From NCBI RefSeq assembly GCF_018977255.1, contig NW_024704743.1:72418001-72482000 (forward strand): a stretch of DNA of 64,000 bases. The letters are read 5' to 3'. This DNA comes from Callorhinchus milii (lineage: Eukaryota). The notes beneath the pieces are model-generated. The model was not told where the DNA came from. It was given only the letters and a program-made list of their open reading frames with translations, and did no database searches. This document shows positions 52,351-64,000 of this stretch, one piece after another. Positions within the stretch are counted from its first letter, which is position 1, and every line of letters starts with the position of its first letter. Both the position numbers and the translations under genes were made by a program.

Positions 52351-55163
52351 ACATTTGAACATCATTTCCCAATCAAGAAGTTGAGAGGAAACTTATTTCC
52401 TGATCACAATCTGACCTCCCATTAAGTCAATTGCTAGGAGGTGTAAATGAGTGGCCAATTTAATCCTTCTCTATGGAGAAGTACCTAGGTTATGGATGTT
52501 GCTTCCCAACAGCATGCCTGAAATACACTCATCACACAGAGACCCAAGGGTCCAAGTTGTTATATCTGACTGTCGAGTTTACCCACAATTTTACAGTATA
52601 GACTCAGAAGTGCTTTGAGACTTCCTCGTGAAACACATTATATCAAATGCAATGATTATTATTATTTGCATCCTGCAAATTTGTGGCACAGATTTCTAAA
52701 GCTACAAACTTCAGCCCATTTGGCAAATCCAACGAAAAAGCAATCTCTCTCTGTGGGCATTTTTGATTCAAGCTGGTCAGTTATCTAAATGAAACTAAAT
52801 GAGGCAAAATAAATCTTCCTGGTGCATAACAACACATTCTAAACCACCGATAATCTGCTTGGATCTTAGAAGTTCATAAAACTGCAAGACTTTTTTTAAA
52901 GTAATTTGTACTTAATATTTCACCATGCTTTCTTGACAATATTAACTTATCCTGGAGCATAGTCCTCTTGATAAAGGTTTTTCCTCCTACCTTGGCCATT
53001 AGCCACACTTTGTGTGCGTTCTGAGAATGGAATATCAGGATTAATATGTGTCTGTGAGAGAATCTAGGACGAGCCTGATTCCACCCTCAGTCGATGTCAA
53101 CAGAAGCACACTACCCAGGATGGGTCACCGAATAAGGATGAGGAGTTGGACTCTTTACTCATTTTTTATGCTCCTAAACCTAGGGCTACTTAGCCAATTA
53201 AAACACCCTTACTGTAACCCACAATGAGATCAGCTAACACTGAGATCAAATTTGAGTCAGAACGTTGTTGATGTGTCTGGCTCAAGTTCACGCAGGATAT
53301 TAGCAATAATACTCCTTACATTTGATATAACACCTTTCATATTGGGAGGGTAAATCAAAATGCTGCACAAGATTTACAGTAAAGTGTAATGACTATATTT
53401 TGAAGGAAAATTTGACAGCAAATTTGCCCAGAGCAATGTTTGATTGCTGTATGCAATTGTGCTGCCGTGTTTGCCCACAAATACACAGTCAATCCATTTC
53501 ATACTAATTCCTGTGAAGTGCTTTGAGACATCCTTCTGACGTGATAAGGAGCAAAACTAAATGCTAGGATTTTTATTATTATTACAAGCAGAGCCACAAA
53601 TATTGGCTTTAATACTAAGCCTTGGGAGGAGATGACTTATTATTATTAAAAAAAAACTTTAATGCTTAAAATAATTGTTTTTACATGTTATAACTGTCTA
53701 CTTGAATGATTTTCCCATTGTACCAAGTGCAGAAGCTATTCACGTATTACATTTAGTACCAGACAGAGTGGCTAGGCAGAAAACTGAATTAAATGCATCT
53801 GTATGAATACTTTGTTGGCCTAAAGCCTATTAGAGACTATATTGCTATGGGTTCAGAGTTTGGAATCCAGATGTTCTACAAAACTCATCAAAGCTGTGGA
53901 GTTTAAGAGAAAAATGATTTGAATGATTTACTTACAATTATCAGTCATTTTACACACATTCAATTTAAACTCAATCGCATTCCCCAGTGGCTCATGAATT
54001 GCTTTCGATTCCCTGAAGAGATTATTGAAAACTCAAGCTGACTCACCCTGCGATGGTGAATACCTGCATTCTCTGTGTAAGGAAAAATTTAAAAGGTTTG
54101 TTTGAAATTGGTATAGCCGATACAAATTTTCAAGAGATTGGACATTGGCAAAAGTGAGGATTTTTGCCACTGAAATGAGGATCTGGTGCTAACATCTGCT
54201 ATTTTTTCATAGTTGCCATCACTGTTTAGTTTAACCGTACCTCCAGGCAAACAGACACCATCCAAAGAAGTCAAGCTGTCTCAACTGGATAGCTGATTTC
54301 TACTTAGTGCCTGCAGTGCTGTCTGCTACATCTGATGTTTGAAGGCACACAGGGGTCGAAATTATGTACTAAACATTAATGATGTAAATTAAGCTGTTTG
54401 CCATGATTTGGAGGGAGTAAATGAAAATAAATGTACAAATTTTGCATGGAAATATCCTGTGTGGTGTTTGTACCTTTTCTGGGATACTGTAGCTACATCC
54501 AACCCGTGGTAGGAGCATCAGAAAGATGGGGAAGGAGGGTGTCACCAGGCTTTCCTTGCCTGTGGGACATCCTCCCGACCTAAAAGGCATTCTATAAATG
54601 TCATTTTGTTGTTGTTGTTACCTAAGCTCCCCCATCTTCTCCTTCCTCCTCTTCCTCAATCTCCTCTCCTCCTCTTTAAGCAGAAGGATGAAAGTGACAT
54701 CCAGCTCCAATATTTCACTGAGACACCTTGTGCTGCTGCTCCATCAGACTGAAATGCAGCATGGGTGGAAGTTACAAGGGCGAGCTTGCAACAAATAAAG
54801 ATGAAGCTCAAGTGCAAGATTCAACTAAAAAGCACTTGTTGCCCATTGAAGCTAACGAGTCATACCACAAAAGAATGCATCTGATAAGTTACAGACACAT
54901 GTTGTTCATTAAGAGATTACAATTATTATATTATATTTGCCCACAAAATACACAGTCACTCCACTTTACAATATATTCTGTGAAGCACTTGGAGACATTT
55001 CATTGGTGTGATAAGGCACTATATCAAATGCAAGGATTATTAGTATTATCATTATTACCTGCTGCTCCCTGGCTATTTGTCCTCTTCCTTATCCATGAGG
55101 GATTAGAGCCTCTGCCACTGTCAAACCTTGCCACGTGGTTCTCTGCGCCAAGCCCTGATATAC

Positions 55164-55412
55164 AGAATAATAAGCTTTGCACTTTTTATAGGGCCTTATC
55201 ACGTCTTCGAGACATCACAAAGCTTCACAAAATATACTGTAAAGTGTATTGACTGCATATTTTGTTGGTGAAACACAGCAGTCAATTGAGCACAGCAGTG
55301 TCCCACAAACAGTTGTGGATTGAGTGACCAATTTATTATTTTTTTTGAAGGAATTATTACCCCCGGAAAAGCGATCCGCTAATCAACTAACAATCGGGTT
55401 TGTACTTACTGC
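55164..55412 (-). mobile_element. tRNA-SINE family copy, 5'-truncated
   Basis: Family body and tail; carries the agcagtaagta...gttagttgatt block also seen at 50178-50210. Confidence 0.75.
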
Positions 55413-56379
55413 TAGAATCCTGCTGTTTGAGGAAAGCTGGACTTTACAGAGTTTCTGCTTGGTGCTGTCCCCCATTTCTTTGAAGGAATACAATTATTTT
55501 GTACATTTGGTAGGCAGATTATCAGCAATTCTGTCCCCTCAACCATAAAAGTTATTTCGAGAGATAGAATGCCGGGAAAATGACTGCTAGTGATAATTAT
55601 CACAACAGGTAATGTATTTTTCACTTTGTACTTCCATGATTGTTGCTGCAAAAAATTAATGCACACACTGTCATATACTCTCCACATGGGAGCGTCAATT
55701 ATACTTTGGTGCTGCATAGAATCTATTGCATTGCACAATGTGCAAAATGCACATTTGCTTCACTTTACAATATATCCTGTGAAGAATTTTGAGACATCCT
55801 CCCAACTTGAATGGCACCAAATCAAATGTAAGGCTTATTATCATGTACACAGTATTATATGTATCACAATGTAACACAACTCATTCACATTGGTAAAAAC
55901 ATTGGTAAAAGTAGCTGAGAGTTCAGCTAAAATAGAAGAAATCTAAAGAAATTAATTAAAAAGAAACCAAATGCACAAAACAGGACAATAGAGTAGAGGG
56001 GATCAAAGGAACAAGAAGAAAAAGTGAGGCCAAGAAAGAGGATAAATCTCAGATGACTAGGTAAATAAACAATAAAAGAAATAAGAAAGGAAGCATGACA
56101 TCGAAAACAGATCAACTGGAGAATTAAATGAAATTAAAAAAAACACAGCAAGTTTTACCAGAGAAATCCAAAACGAACAGAAGGAAAATACAAATGAAAC
56201 AAAAAGTAATAATAAGCCTTTGAAAATTTAAAACTGAAAAGAGAAACAAATATTCTTAAATAAATACTAAAAATGAATAAGGGTATAACTTACCTTGTTT
56301 TAATCTTATTCCTTTAATGTATCTGTATTGTGGTGCCATTCAGTACTTAAACATATATAAATAATAATTTGCTTTGTAA

Positions 56380-57850
56380 TCATAGTATCATAGAATTATA
56401 CAGCACAGAAGGAGGCCATTCGGCCGATCGTGTCTGTGCCAGCTCTTTAAAAGGAGCTATACAAATCCATCCCATTCCCCTACTCTCCCCCCATAGCCCT
56501 GCAAACTTGTCCTCCCAAAATAATTATCTACTTCTCTCTTAAAAGTTATTATCGAATCGGCTTCCACCCTGCATTCATGCAATGCATTCCAGATCCGAAC
56601 ATCTCACTGTGTGAAACAATTTCTCCTCATCTCCCCTGTTTCTTTTAACAAGTATTTTAAATTAGTGTCCTCGGGTTACCCCAGTGGAAATAGTTTCTCC
56701 TTGTTCAGCCTATCAAATCCCCTCATAATTTTGAAAACTTCTATTAAGTCTTCTCTTAACTTCTAAGAACATAAGAATATAAGAATTAGGAGCAGGAGTA
56801 GGCCATTCGGCCCGTCGTGCCTGCTCCGCCATTCAATAAGATCATGGCTGATCTTCTCACCTAACTCTGATTACCTGCCCTATCCCCATATCTCCTAATC
56901 CCTCTATTTTTCAAGAATCTATTAGTCTCTGCTCCAAGGAGAATAATCCTAGCTTCTCTAGCCTCTCCCGATAACTGAAGTCACTCATTCCTGGTACCAT
57001 CCTGGTAAATCTCCTTTGTACCCTCTCCAATGCCTTGACATCCTTCCTAAAGTGTGGGCCCAGAACTGAATACAGTGCTCTAGCTAAGGCCTAACCAGTG
57101 TTTTATAAAAGTTTATCATAATTTCCTGACTTTTGTATTCTATGCCCTATTTATAAAGCCTAGTATCCCGTATGCTTTTTTTAAACAGCTTTATCTACCT
57201 CTCCTGCCACCTTCAAAGATTTACCCAGGTAACTCTGTTCCTTCAACCTCTTTAGCTTATATTGCCTCTCTTCATTCTTCCCAAAATGAATCACTTTGCA
57301 TTTCTTCACATCAAACTTCGTCTGCCACATGTCTGCCCATTTTACTAGTCTGTCTATGTACCCTTGCAATTTGCTATGATCCTCATCACTGTTTACTACT
57401 TTTCCTAGCTTAGTATCATCAGCAAACTTGGAAATTGTACTCCCTATACCCAAGTCCAGGACATTTATATATATAAAAACAGCAGTGGTACCAATACTGA
57501 CCCTGGGGGACACCACAGCACACTTCCCTCCAGTCAGAGAAACAACTGTTCACTACCACTCTCTGCTTTCTGTCTCCTAGCCAGTTCTGTATCCATGCTG
57601 CCACTGTCCCTTTAATACCGTGGGCTTCTATTTCGGTTACAAGTCTCTTATGTGGCACTTTATCAAACGCCTTTTGAAAATCCATATAAACTACATCAAC
57701 TGCACTACCTTCATCCACCCTCTCCGTTACTTCATCAAAAAACTCTATCAGGTTTGTTAGACATGATTTGCCTTTAACAAACCCATGTTGGCTGTCCTTT
57801 GTTAACCCACATTTTTCTGAGTGAAAATTGATTTTTCCTGGATTATAGTC
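56380..57850 (-). mobile_element. 5'-truncated CR1 LINE
   Basis: AVDVVYMDFQKAFDKVPHKRL, CGVPQG, SKFADDTKLG, WQTKFDVKKC; tail catagtatcatagaattatacagcacagaaggaggccattcgg. Confidence 0.95.
56763..56925 (-). mobile_element. Short CR1 3' end nested in the CR1 above
   Basis: aagaacataagaatataagaattaggagcaggagtaggcc is the reverse complement of the tail type at 15745-15793; the host resumes at ctctgctccaagg. Confidence 0.85.
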
Positions 57851-59717
57851 TCTAATATTCTAGTTCATTTCTATTTCATCAGTTTCTGGCTCTTATCCCA
57901 TACATAAATTAATGTAATATATTTTCCTTTCATCAGTAACTTGTTAATGTTTATAAATTTTAAATGAGATATGTATACAATTTTAAATGGGCTTGAAAAA
58001 GTATACACTGATCAATACTCCTTGATGCAACAAGACAGGACATAGGATAAGAGCTGTGAAGAGATATTTCAGGACAGATACCAGGGAGTGTTTCTTTACC
58101 CAGACTGGAACAGGTTTGCTAGGAAAGGTGGTGGAGGCCAGGACACAGACTCATTTAAAAGCAACTTGATGCTGCGATATTGCTGGAGCAATGAGATCAG
58201 ATGGGTCGAAGAGACTAATTATAGCAGCTACCATTAAAATTATGTTGTCCCTAGAGTCATTATTAAGGACAATGCTTTAAACCACTAGAGCAAGTATATA
58301 GAGCAATCAGGATAAGATAGCAACATTATCCAGGTAGAGTTGTGTCAGTTTTCCTCCAGATGTGCCTCAACCCCAACTGCAGAAGATTACTTCTTACTGT
58401 ATCGTCGACATTTTATTTCACCACATGGTCCCTGTGAGTGAGATTATCCAATAATTCTAAGAGAAATTGTCAGCCTACTCCAATGGAAGCAGGTTTTGAG
58501 CTGCTGAATTTATTTTTCACTTTCAAGAATAAAAACTTTGCAATGTCAAAAAAGTGAGTGTTTCATCCCATCAGACTGGTCTATATTCCGATCAGTTTTA
58601 TCCCATTCGTCTGGGCCTCATTTGCCTACAAAAATATTTTGCCTACAAATATAGTCACTGCACTTTTACTGGGTATCATGCAAAGAGCTATGAGATGTCC
58701 CCCCGACGTGGAAGACTAAAGATCAAATTTAAGTAATATTCAAGCACAGTTCCAGAGATAAATGATTGTGGTACCCATTCCCCTTATTCACCAGAAATCC
58801 AGAAATCAAAATGTGGAATGTAGTCATGGACACATTTAAATAATAATCCTTACATTTGATATAGCGCCTTATCACATCTTCGAGATGTCTCAAAACGTTT
58901 CACAGAATATACTTAAGTGAATTGACTGTACATTTTGTGGCTGAAACACATTTCCACAGGCTGTAGTCCATTACCCACTCAGTCCCTTGAATTTGTGTGA
59001 TTGAACAACATTTTAGGGGACTTTATTATAATTATTCAATTAAAAGTTAATGTTAAGTAGGCAAGATTTTGGGAAAGATTTATTAAGGAAATATATGTAC
59101 ACCTCACCCTTGTTGTAAGATGCTGTTGGGAACCAGCCAAAATATGTTGTGATGAAGCTGACCTAGCAACCAAAGGCTTCAATAGAACAGTATTACAATC
59201 TGGATTTGACTCATTTTTGGGCAGCACAATGGTACAATTTGAACATAATTGGTTCAATTTCTGCCCCCTCCAAAAAACTCTTCTAATCAAGGTTTTTATA
59301 AAAAATAAACTGAAACACGCTATGTTATTCTATTAGGCTATTGCAGAGAATTTTCCTGTCCAGACTTAAAAATGAATCAGTTACACAGAGTACTTTGGCA
59401 GACAATGCATGGGGTAAAATTTCACCTGGATTAAGATTTAATGCAGCATTTCACAGGGTTCAGAATGTGTTTCTTAAAGGCAGTCTTTAAAAGGTTTGTC
59501 TACAAAATACACAGTCACTACACATTCTAATGAATCCTGTGTAAAGCATTTTAAAGTGTCCTATTGATCTGAAAGAAACTACATCAAACGCAAGGATTAT
59601 TATTATTAATTTTAAAGCTTTCTTTTTATAAGTTCCATTAAGGACCACAGAAACAGGCTTCAAAATTAAATTCAGTAATTTGACAAATTCTGGATGCACT
59701 GAACTGCTTTGTTAAGA

Positions 59718-61455
59718 CAACAACAACAACAAGATGACATTTGTAAAGCACCTTTCACATCAGGAGGAATTCCCAATGCGCTGAATAGTCAGGGATCAGG
59801 ACCCGAGCGTAGGGGGCAGGGTTGGGATGAGGGAGGGTAGAGGGGGTAGGAGGGCAGCTGAAGGCACAGTCAAAAAGGAGGGTCTTGAGACGTGCCTTGA
59901 AGGAGGCAAGAGAAGGAGCAAGGCGAAAGGATTGTTGAGCCTTGAGTTGACGAATACATATATGAGGATTTTGGCAGCCTGAGGGGTGAGGCAGTGGCAG
60001 AGTCAGGCAGTGTTGTAGAGGTGGGGGAAGGCAGAACGGGTCATGGCATGGATATGGGGGAGAAAGTATAGTTGAGGGTCAAACAAGACGCCCAGGTTCA
60101 TAACTGGCTTGGTGAGGTGAAGTGTGCATCCATGGATGCTGATGCTGCCAGTGCCTGAGGTGCTGAGGTGCTGGCGCGAGCCAATCAGAAGGGCCTCAGT
60201 CTTGCTGACTTTCAATTGTAGAAAGTTGGCTCTCATCCAGAACTTGATGTCAGACAGACGTCAGCTGTCCTTGAATCGAGGGTAGAGGCAGAGGGATAGA
60301 GTTGGGCATCATCCACGTCCATGTGGAAGTTGACTTCATGTCGGCAGATGTCACCAAGTGGGAGCATGCAACAACAACAACAACAAGATTTCATTTATAG
60401 AGCACCTTTCACGTCGGGAGGACGTCCCAAGGCACTGGACAGTTGGATCAGGACCCGAGCAAGGGGGAAATGGTCAGGCTGAGGGGAGGGAAGGGAGAGA
60501 GCGAGGAGGGGGTAGAGAGTCGAGAGGGGAGGTGAAGGCACGGTCAAAGAGAAAGGTCTTGAGACCCGCCTTGAAGGAGGAAAGGGGGGAAGAAAGGCAA
60601 AGGCACTGGGGGATAGAGTTCCAGAGCCTAGGGGCTGAGAGACTGAAGGCCCAGCCACCGATGGTAGAGCGGTTGGGGCGGGGGATGTGGAGCAGACCGG
60701 AGCCAGAGGAATGGAGGGTACGGGCAGGTAGGTAGGGGGATAGTAGGTCGGAGAGGTAGGAGGGAGCAAGGCCGTGAATGGCCTTGTAGGTGAGGATGAG
60801 GATCTTGAATTCGATCCTCTGGGGGATGGGGAGCCACGGGAGGTGAGCGAGGGTGGGAGTGATGTGGTCCCGAAGCCTGGTGCGGGACAATACACGAGCT
60901 GCAGAGTTCTGAATGACCTGCAGCTTGTGGAGGGAGGTGCCGGGAAGGCCGGCGAAGAGAGAGTTCCCATAGTCCAGCCTTGAGGTGATAAAGGCGTGGA
61001 CCAGAGTTTCAGCAGCGTGAGGGGTGAGGTAGTGCCGTATTCTGGCGATGTTTCGGAGGTTGAAGAGGAGGGGACTGAGGACACAGCCCTGAGGATCACC
61101 ACACAAGATTGTGCAGGGACTGGAAGAGAAACTGTTGGCAGAGACAAATTGGAGATGGTGTGAGGGATAAGACCTGAATCATTCAAGTACAGAACCTTGA
61201 TGGTTGAGGTGAGAAGAGAGGTGGTGGAGGAGGATGGAGCAGTCCACGGTATCGAAGGCAGCGGAGAGGTCAAGGAGGACAAGGAGGCAGAGGGAGCTCT
61301 GATCATAGATGGACAAAATGTTGTTTGTCACCTTGACCAGAGCAGTTTCTGTGCTGTGAGCAGAATGGAAACCTAATTGGAGGGATTTGTGAAGGGAGTG
61401 GTAGGAGAGGAATGAGTGAAGCTGGGAAGTTTCAAGGAGCTTCGAAAGAAAAGGA
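59718..61455 (-). mobile_element. Older L2 split into 61455-61058 and 60368-59718 by a younger insertion
   Basis: Halves rejoin as ctcttcaacctc|(tg)catgctcccacttggtgacatc, matching ctcttcaccctctatatgctcccccttggtgacatc at 22671-22706. Confidence 0.88.
60369..61057 (-). mobile_element. Young 5'-truncated L2 of the same subfamily as 20227-23819
   Basis: Near-identical to 23047-23819 but lacks the 90-nt insertion and the 14-nt deletion. Confidence 0.95.
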
Positions 61456-62350
61456 AGTAATAAGAGTAAATCTAGACCAAGGTGGAATTTCTACCATGCT
61501 GTAGAAGGGCACGGGTTGTGCCTGGAAAATAAACTTGCAATAAGCATTTTAACAACAAAACAAAGGTTTATTTTGATAAGGAAGTTTTTTACAGCAGTCA
61601 TCTCTCAACTCTTCCCTTCTTTCTCGCACCCAGGCTGTATACTGGTGCTGATTCATTAGCTTGTTGCTGGTGCTGAATTAGCATTTAGGGCTGAAACATC
61701 AAACAACCCTGATCGGAGTCCAGCCTGGTTACCTACCTTGATTGAGGCCCCNTTTTTTTGAACAAGAAGAAAAACAACACGCTCCTTTACACATTCCTGG
61801 AGAGCCTGTATCCACAGAAAGCAGGGACAGGCTCTATCCCCTGTCTTAACCACTGGAGAAGTAAACAGAGTGATCAAGATTGGGATACCCCAACTTAGAC
61901 GAGACCTGTTAGGGAAAACCGTGATATAATTGGTTATGATGGTTTCTTGTTGCAGGGTGAATATTGAGATATTTCTTAACAGATATGTGGATACAATATA
62001 ATACAAAATTCCATTTGTATAGTGCCTTTCATGTCAGGAGGATGTGTTATATTAATACATCAAATTTGTTAAGAAACATCGCAATTTCTCATCAATATTT
62101 ACAAATCGACTGTAGTTGTGAATCTCTCTCTCCCCCTACCTTCCCCCAATCCCAACCTTATAATAATAATAATAATAACCTTCAGCACAATGGTTGGATC
62201 TGAAGCCAATCTGTGGATTTCTGTGTACCCTTTTCGACCCCCATGGAACACTTCACCTGCAATTCAGTATTTCGATGTCTCACAGATATCATAACCATTG
62301 CATCGTAACATAAGCGGCCCAAACGATAACAATGGCAGCGCAGAAATCTT

Positions 62351-62667
62351 TGGAGTCCTGTAGCTCAGTCGTTAGAGCACTCGCTTTGCAAGTGAGAGAC
62401 CTGAGTTCAATTCCAGACAGGGCGAAACCTTGGGCAAGTTTCCTTACTCCACACGCCTAATAGTAATCCCTCAAAAACCAAAAACAATAATAAATTGGTC
62501 ATTTTCAATCTACGACTGTTTGTGGGACATTGCTGTGCGCAATTGGCTGCCGCGTTCGCCCACAAATATACAGTCAATTCACTTTACAGCGTGTTCAGTG
62601 AAGCGCTTTGGGACATCCTCCCGACGTAAAAAGCGCTATATCAAATGCAAGGATTATTATTATTATT
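62351..62667 (+). mobile_element. Full-length tRNA-Ala(UGC)-derived SINE with Deu-like core and L2-like tail
   Basis: tagctcagtcgttagagc A box, ctcgc-tt-TGC-aa-gtgag anticodon arm, gagttcaattcc B box, stem-loop tail plus (TTA)n; many 3' fragments occur throughout the window. Confidence 0.92.
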
Positions 62668-63419
62668 TGCACCAGCTTAGGCTCAACCATTATTTACATC
62701 CATGACCAGTTGTTTTAATTGCAATATTTCTTGACACATCTTTAACAAATTCCAACCTGTTCAGATTCTTGTAATTTTCACCTCTATCTTCAATCAGTGT
62801 CTTCATTTTGTATTCCCTCATAGGTAGTTTATTTGTAAACATTATTAATCCTTGCATTTGATATAGTGCCTTATCGCGCTTTTGAGACGTTTCAAAGCGC
62901 TTCACATTGTGCAAAATCACAATTTTAATCATCAACAGTTATATTAAAGTACCCAATATTGACTTCACTTATGAAAAATGCATTGTGTATTTACTCCATG
63001 GTCCCCATGTGTATTGAAATTAATTCATTAAATGTTGTGCTCCCAACTCAGCGATAAAGAATGCATGAATAAATGATGATGTTAAATTTCATGAACAAAA
63101 TCAAATTCACACTGTGTCTATAGAGTGAACTCACTTTGCATTTTAATAAATGGAAGCTTGTAGAAGGTGTTTTGCAAGACATTGAAATGAATAAATTAAA
63201 ACTCTGGGAAGCTACTCAGACTGGATCAGTGCAGTTTAATACTCCAGTAACTGGATCATATCTCTGAAAAGCTTTTATTGAATTAAACTCATTTTGTGTT
63301 TAGCTGGGTGCCTGACACATGCAGAAACCCAGCCCATGCTTATGAGTATCTAAACCAAACCTCTAAGAGATTAATATATGTTTTGTTTGCATTTGTCTAG
63401 TATAGCGTGCATATTCTCT

Positions 63420-63790
63420 CTCTAGAGGGTTGTACAATGATCTAATTCTGGAGAGTGTAGATACACTTGGGTATGATCTCACTTAGGTTGGCAAGAGAAA
63501 AGCTTAGGGACCCCAGGGTGTGCATTGGCAGTAGCTGGCAATTAATGAGCTAACACTTGCCATTCAAAATACTGGCGTATCCACCAAGAACACCCATTAA
63601 GGCTTTGGCTTGCAGGTTTAACAGGAACCAAGTGGGAAGAATCCCAGCCTCTAGAGACTGGAATAGTCCTCCACATCCTGCTAATGAGGTAGACTGGCTC
63701 AGGAAGCAGACGACCGAGATCACCACAAAGGATCAATTTATTCTGATATTCCGTTCTCAGGAATATCATCTTAGAGTACGCTCAGTCCCA
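63420..63790 (+). mobile_element. Ancient LINE-derived repeat (family of 33850-34410)
   Basis: cccattaaggctttggcttgcaggtttaac and ctggctcaggaagcagacgaccgagatcaccac match the reverse complement of 33920-34110. Confidence 0.7.
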
Positions 63791-64000
63791 AAGATTCCAC
63801 CCCACACCCACCACAGGATTTCATTTTGATTAACTGAGTAACAATTTACTAATAATTTGATTTGGATCACCATGGTCAGTGTAAATGTTATAAAGTAGAG
63901 TAAATGCTAGAGTAAAGCTGAGTTTGGTCCATTATTTGAACAAACTCAAGTCCAGATAAGCATTTTCTTTCCATGTGAATGTATTTACAGAGTAGAATGA

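Noticed and set aside
54728..55252. 174-aa ORF, and recurrent short ORFs containing YIKCKDYYY
   Set aside because: They are translations of SINE tails (tatatcaaatgcaaggattattat), not a gene family
58355..58385. gggttgaggcacat (minus strand), recalled as similar to an LF-SINE segment
   Set aside because: Only a 14-bp match from memory, with no extension I could verify
60395..61306. 303-aa Pro/Ser-rich ORF and other long overlapping or antisense ORFs (e.g. 3030-3734, 43157-43882)
   Set aside because: These are alternative frames of C-rich L2 sequence, which is naturally poor in stop codons
61745..61760. Ambiguous base n between a C run and a T run
   Set aside because: Sequencing uncertainty rather than biology; it does warn that homopolymer frameshifts elsewhere may be errors
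62351..62423. Functional tRNA-Ala gene
   Set aside because: It runs directly into a SINE body and L2-like tail, recurs in diverged copies, and has a poorly paired acceptor stem

Overview
This is AT-rich, repeat-dense vertebrate genomic DNA, intronic or intergenic in character. The repeats are L2 LINEs with (TTG)n tails, CR1 LINEs, tRNA-Ala-headed and Deu-domain SINEs with L2-like tails, and Penelope-type hammerhead repeats. That mix suggests a cartilaginous fish, probably a chimaera such as Callorhinchus (inference). I could not recognise any host protein-coding gene. Nearly all long ORFs are retrotransposon-derived; a few splice-site-flanked candidate exons are listed at low confidence. The main feature is a near-intact, apparently full-length single-ORF L2 (about 20227-23819) encoding an APE endonuclease and a reverse transcriptase. 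It carries an in-frame, inverted copy of its own 3' tail that would fold its transcript into a ~74-bp duplex over the 3' recognition stem-loop. Other notable items are a minimal hammerhead ribozyme motif (20062-20098), several L2-into-L2 insertions joined by microhomology, covarying 3' stem-loops shared by LINEs and SINEs, and several unclassified old repeat families. I found no evidence for a wholly new biological system.
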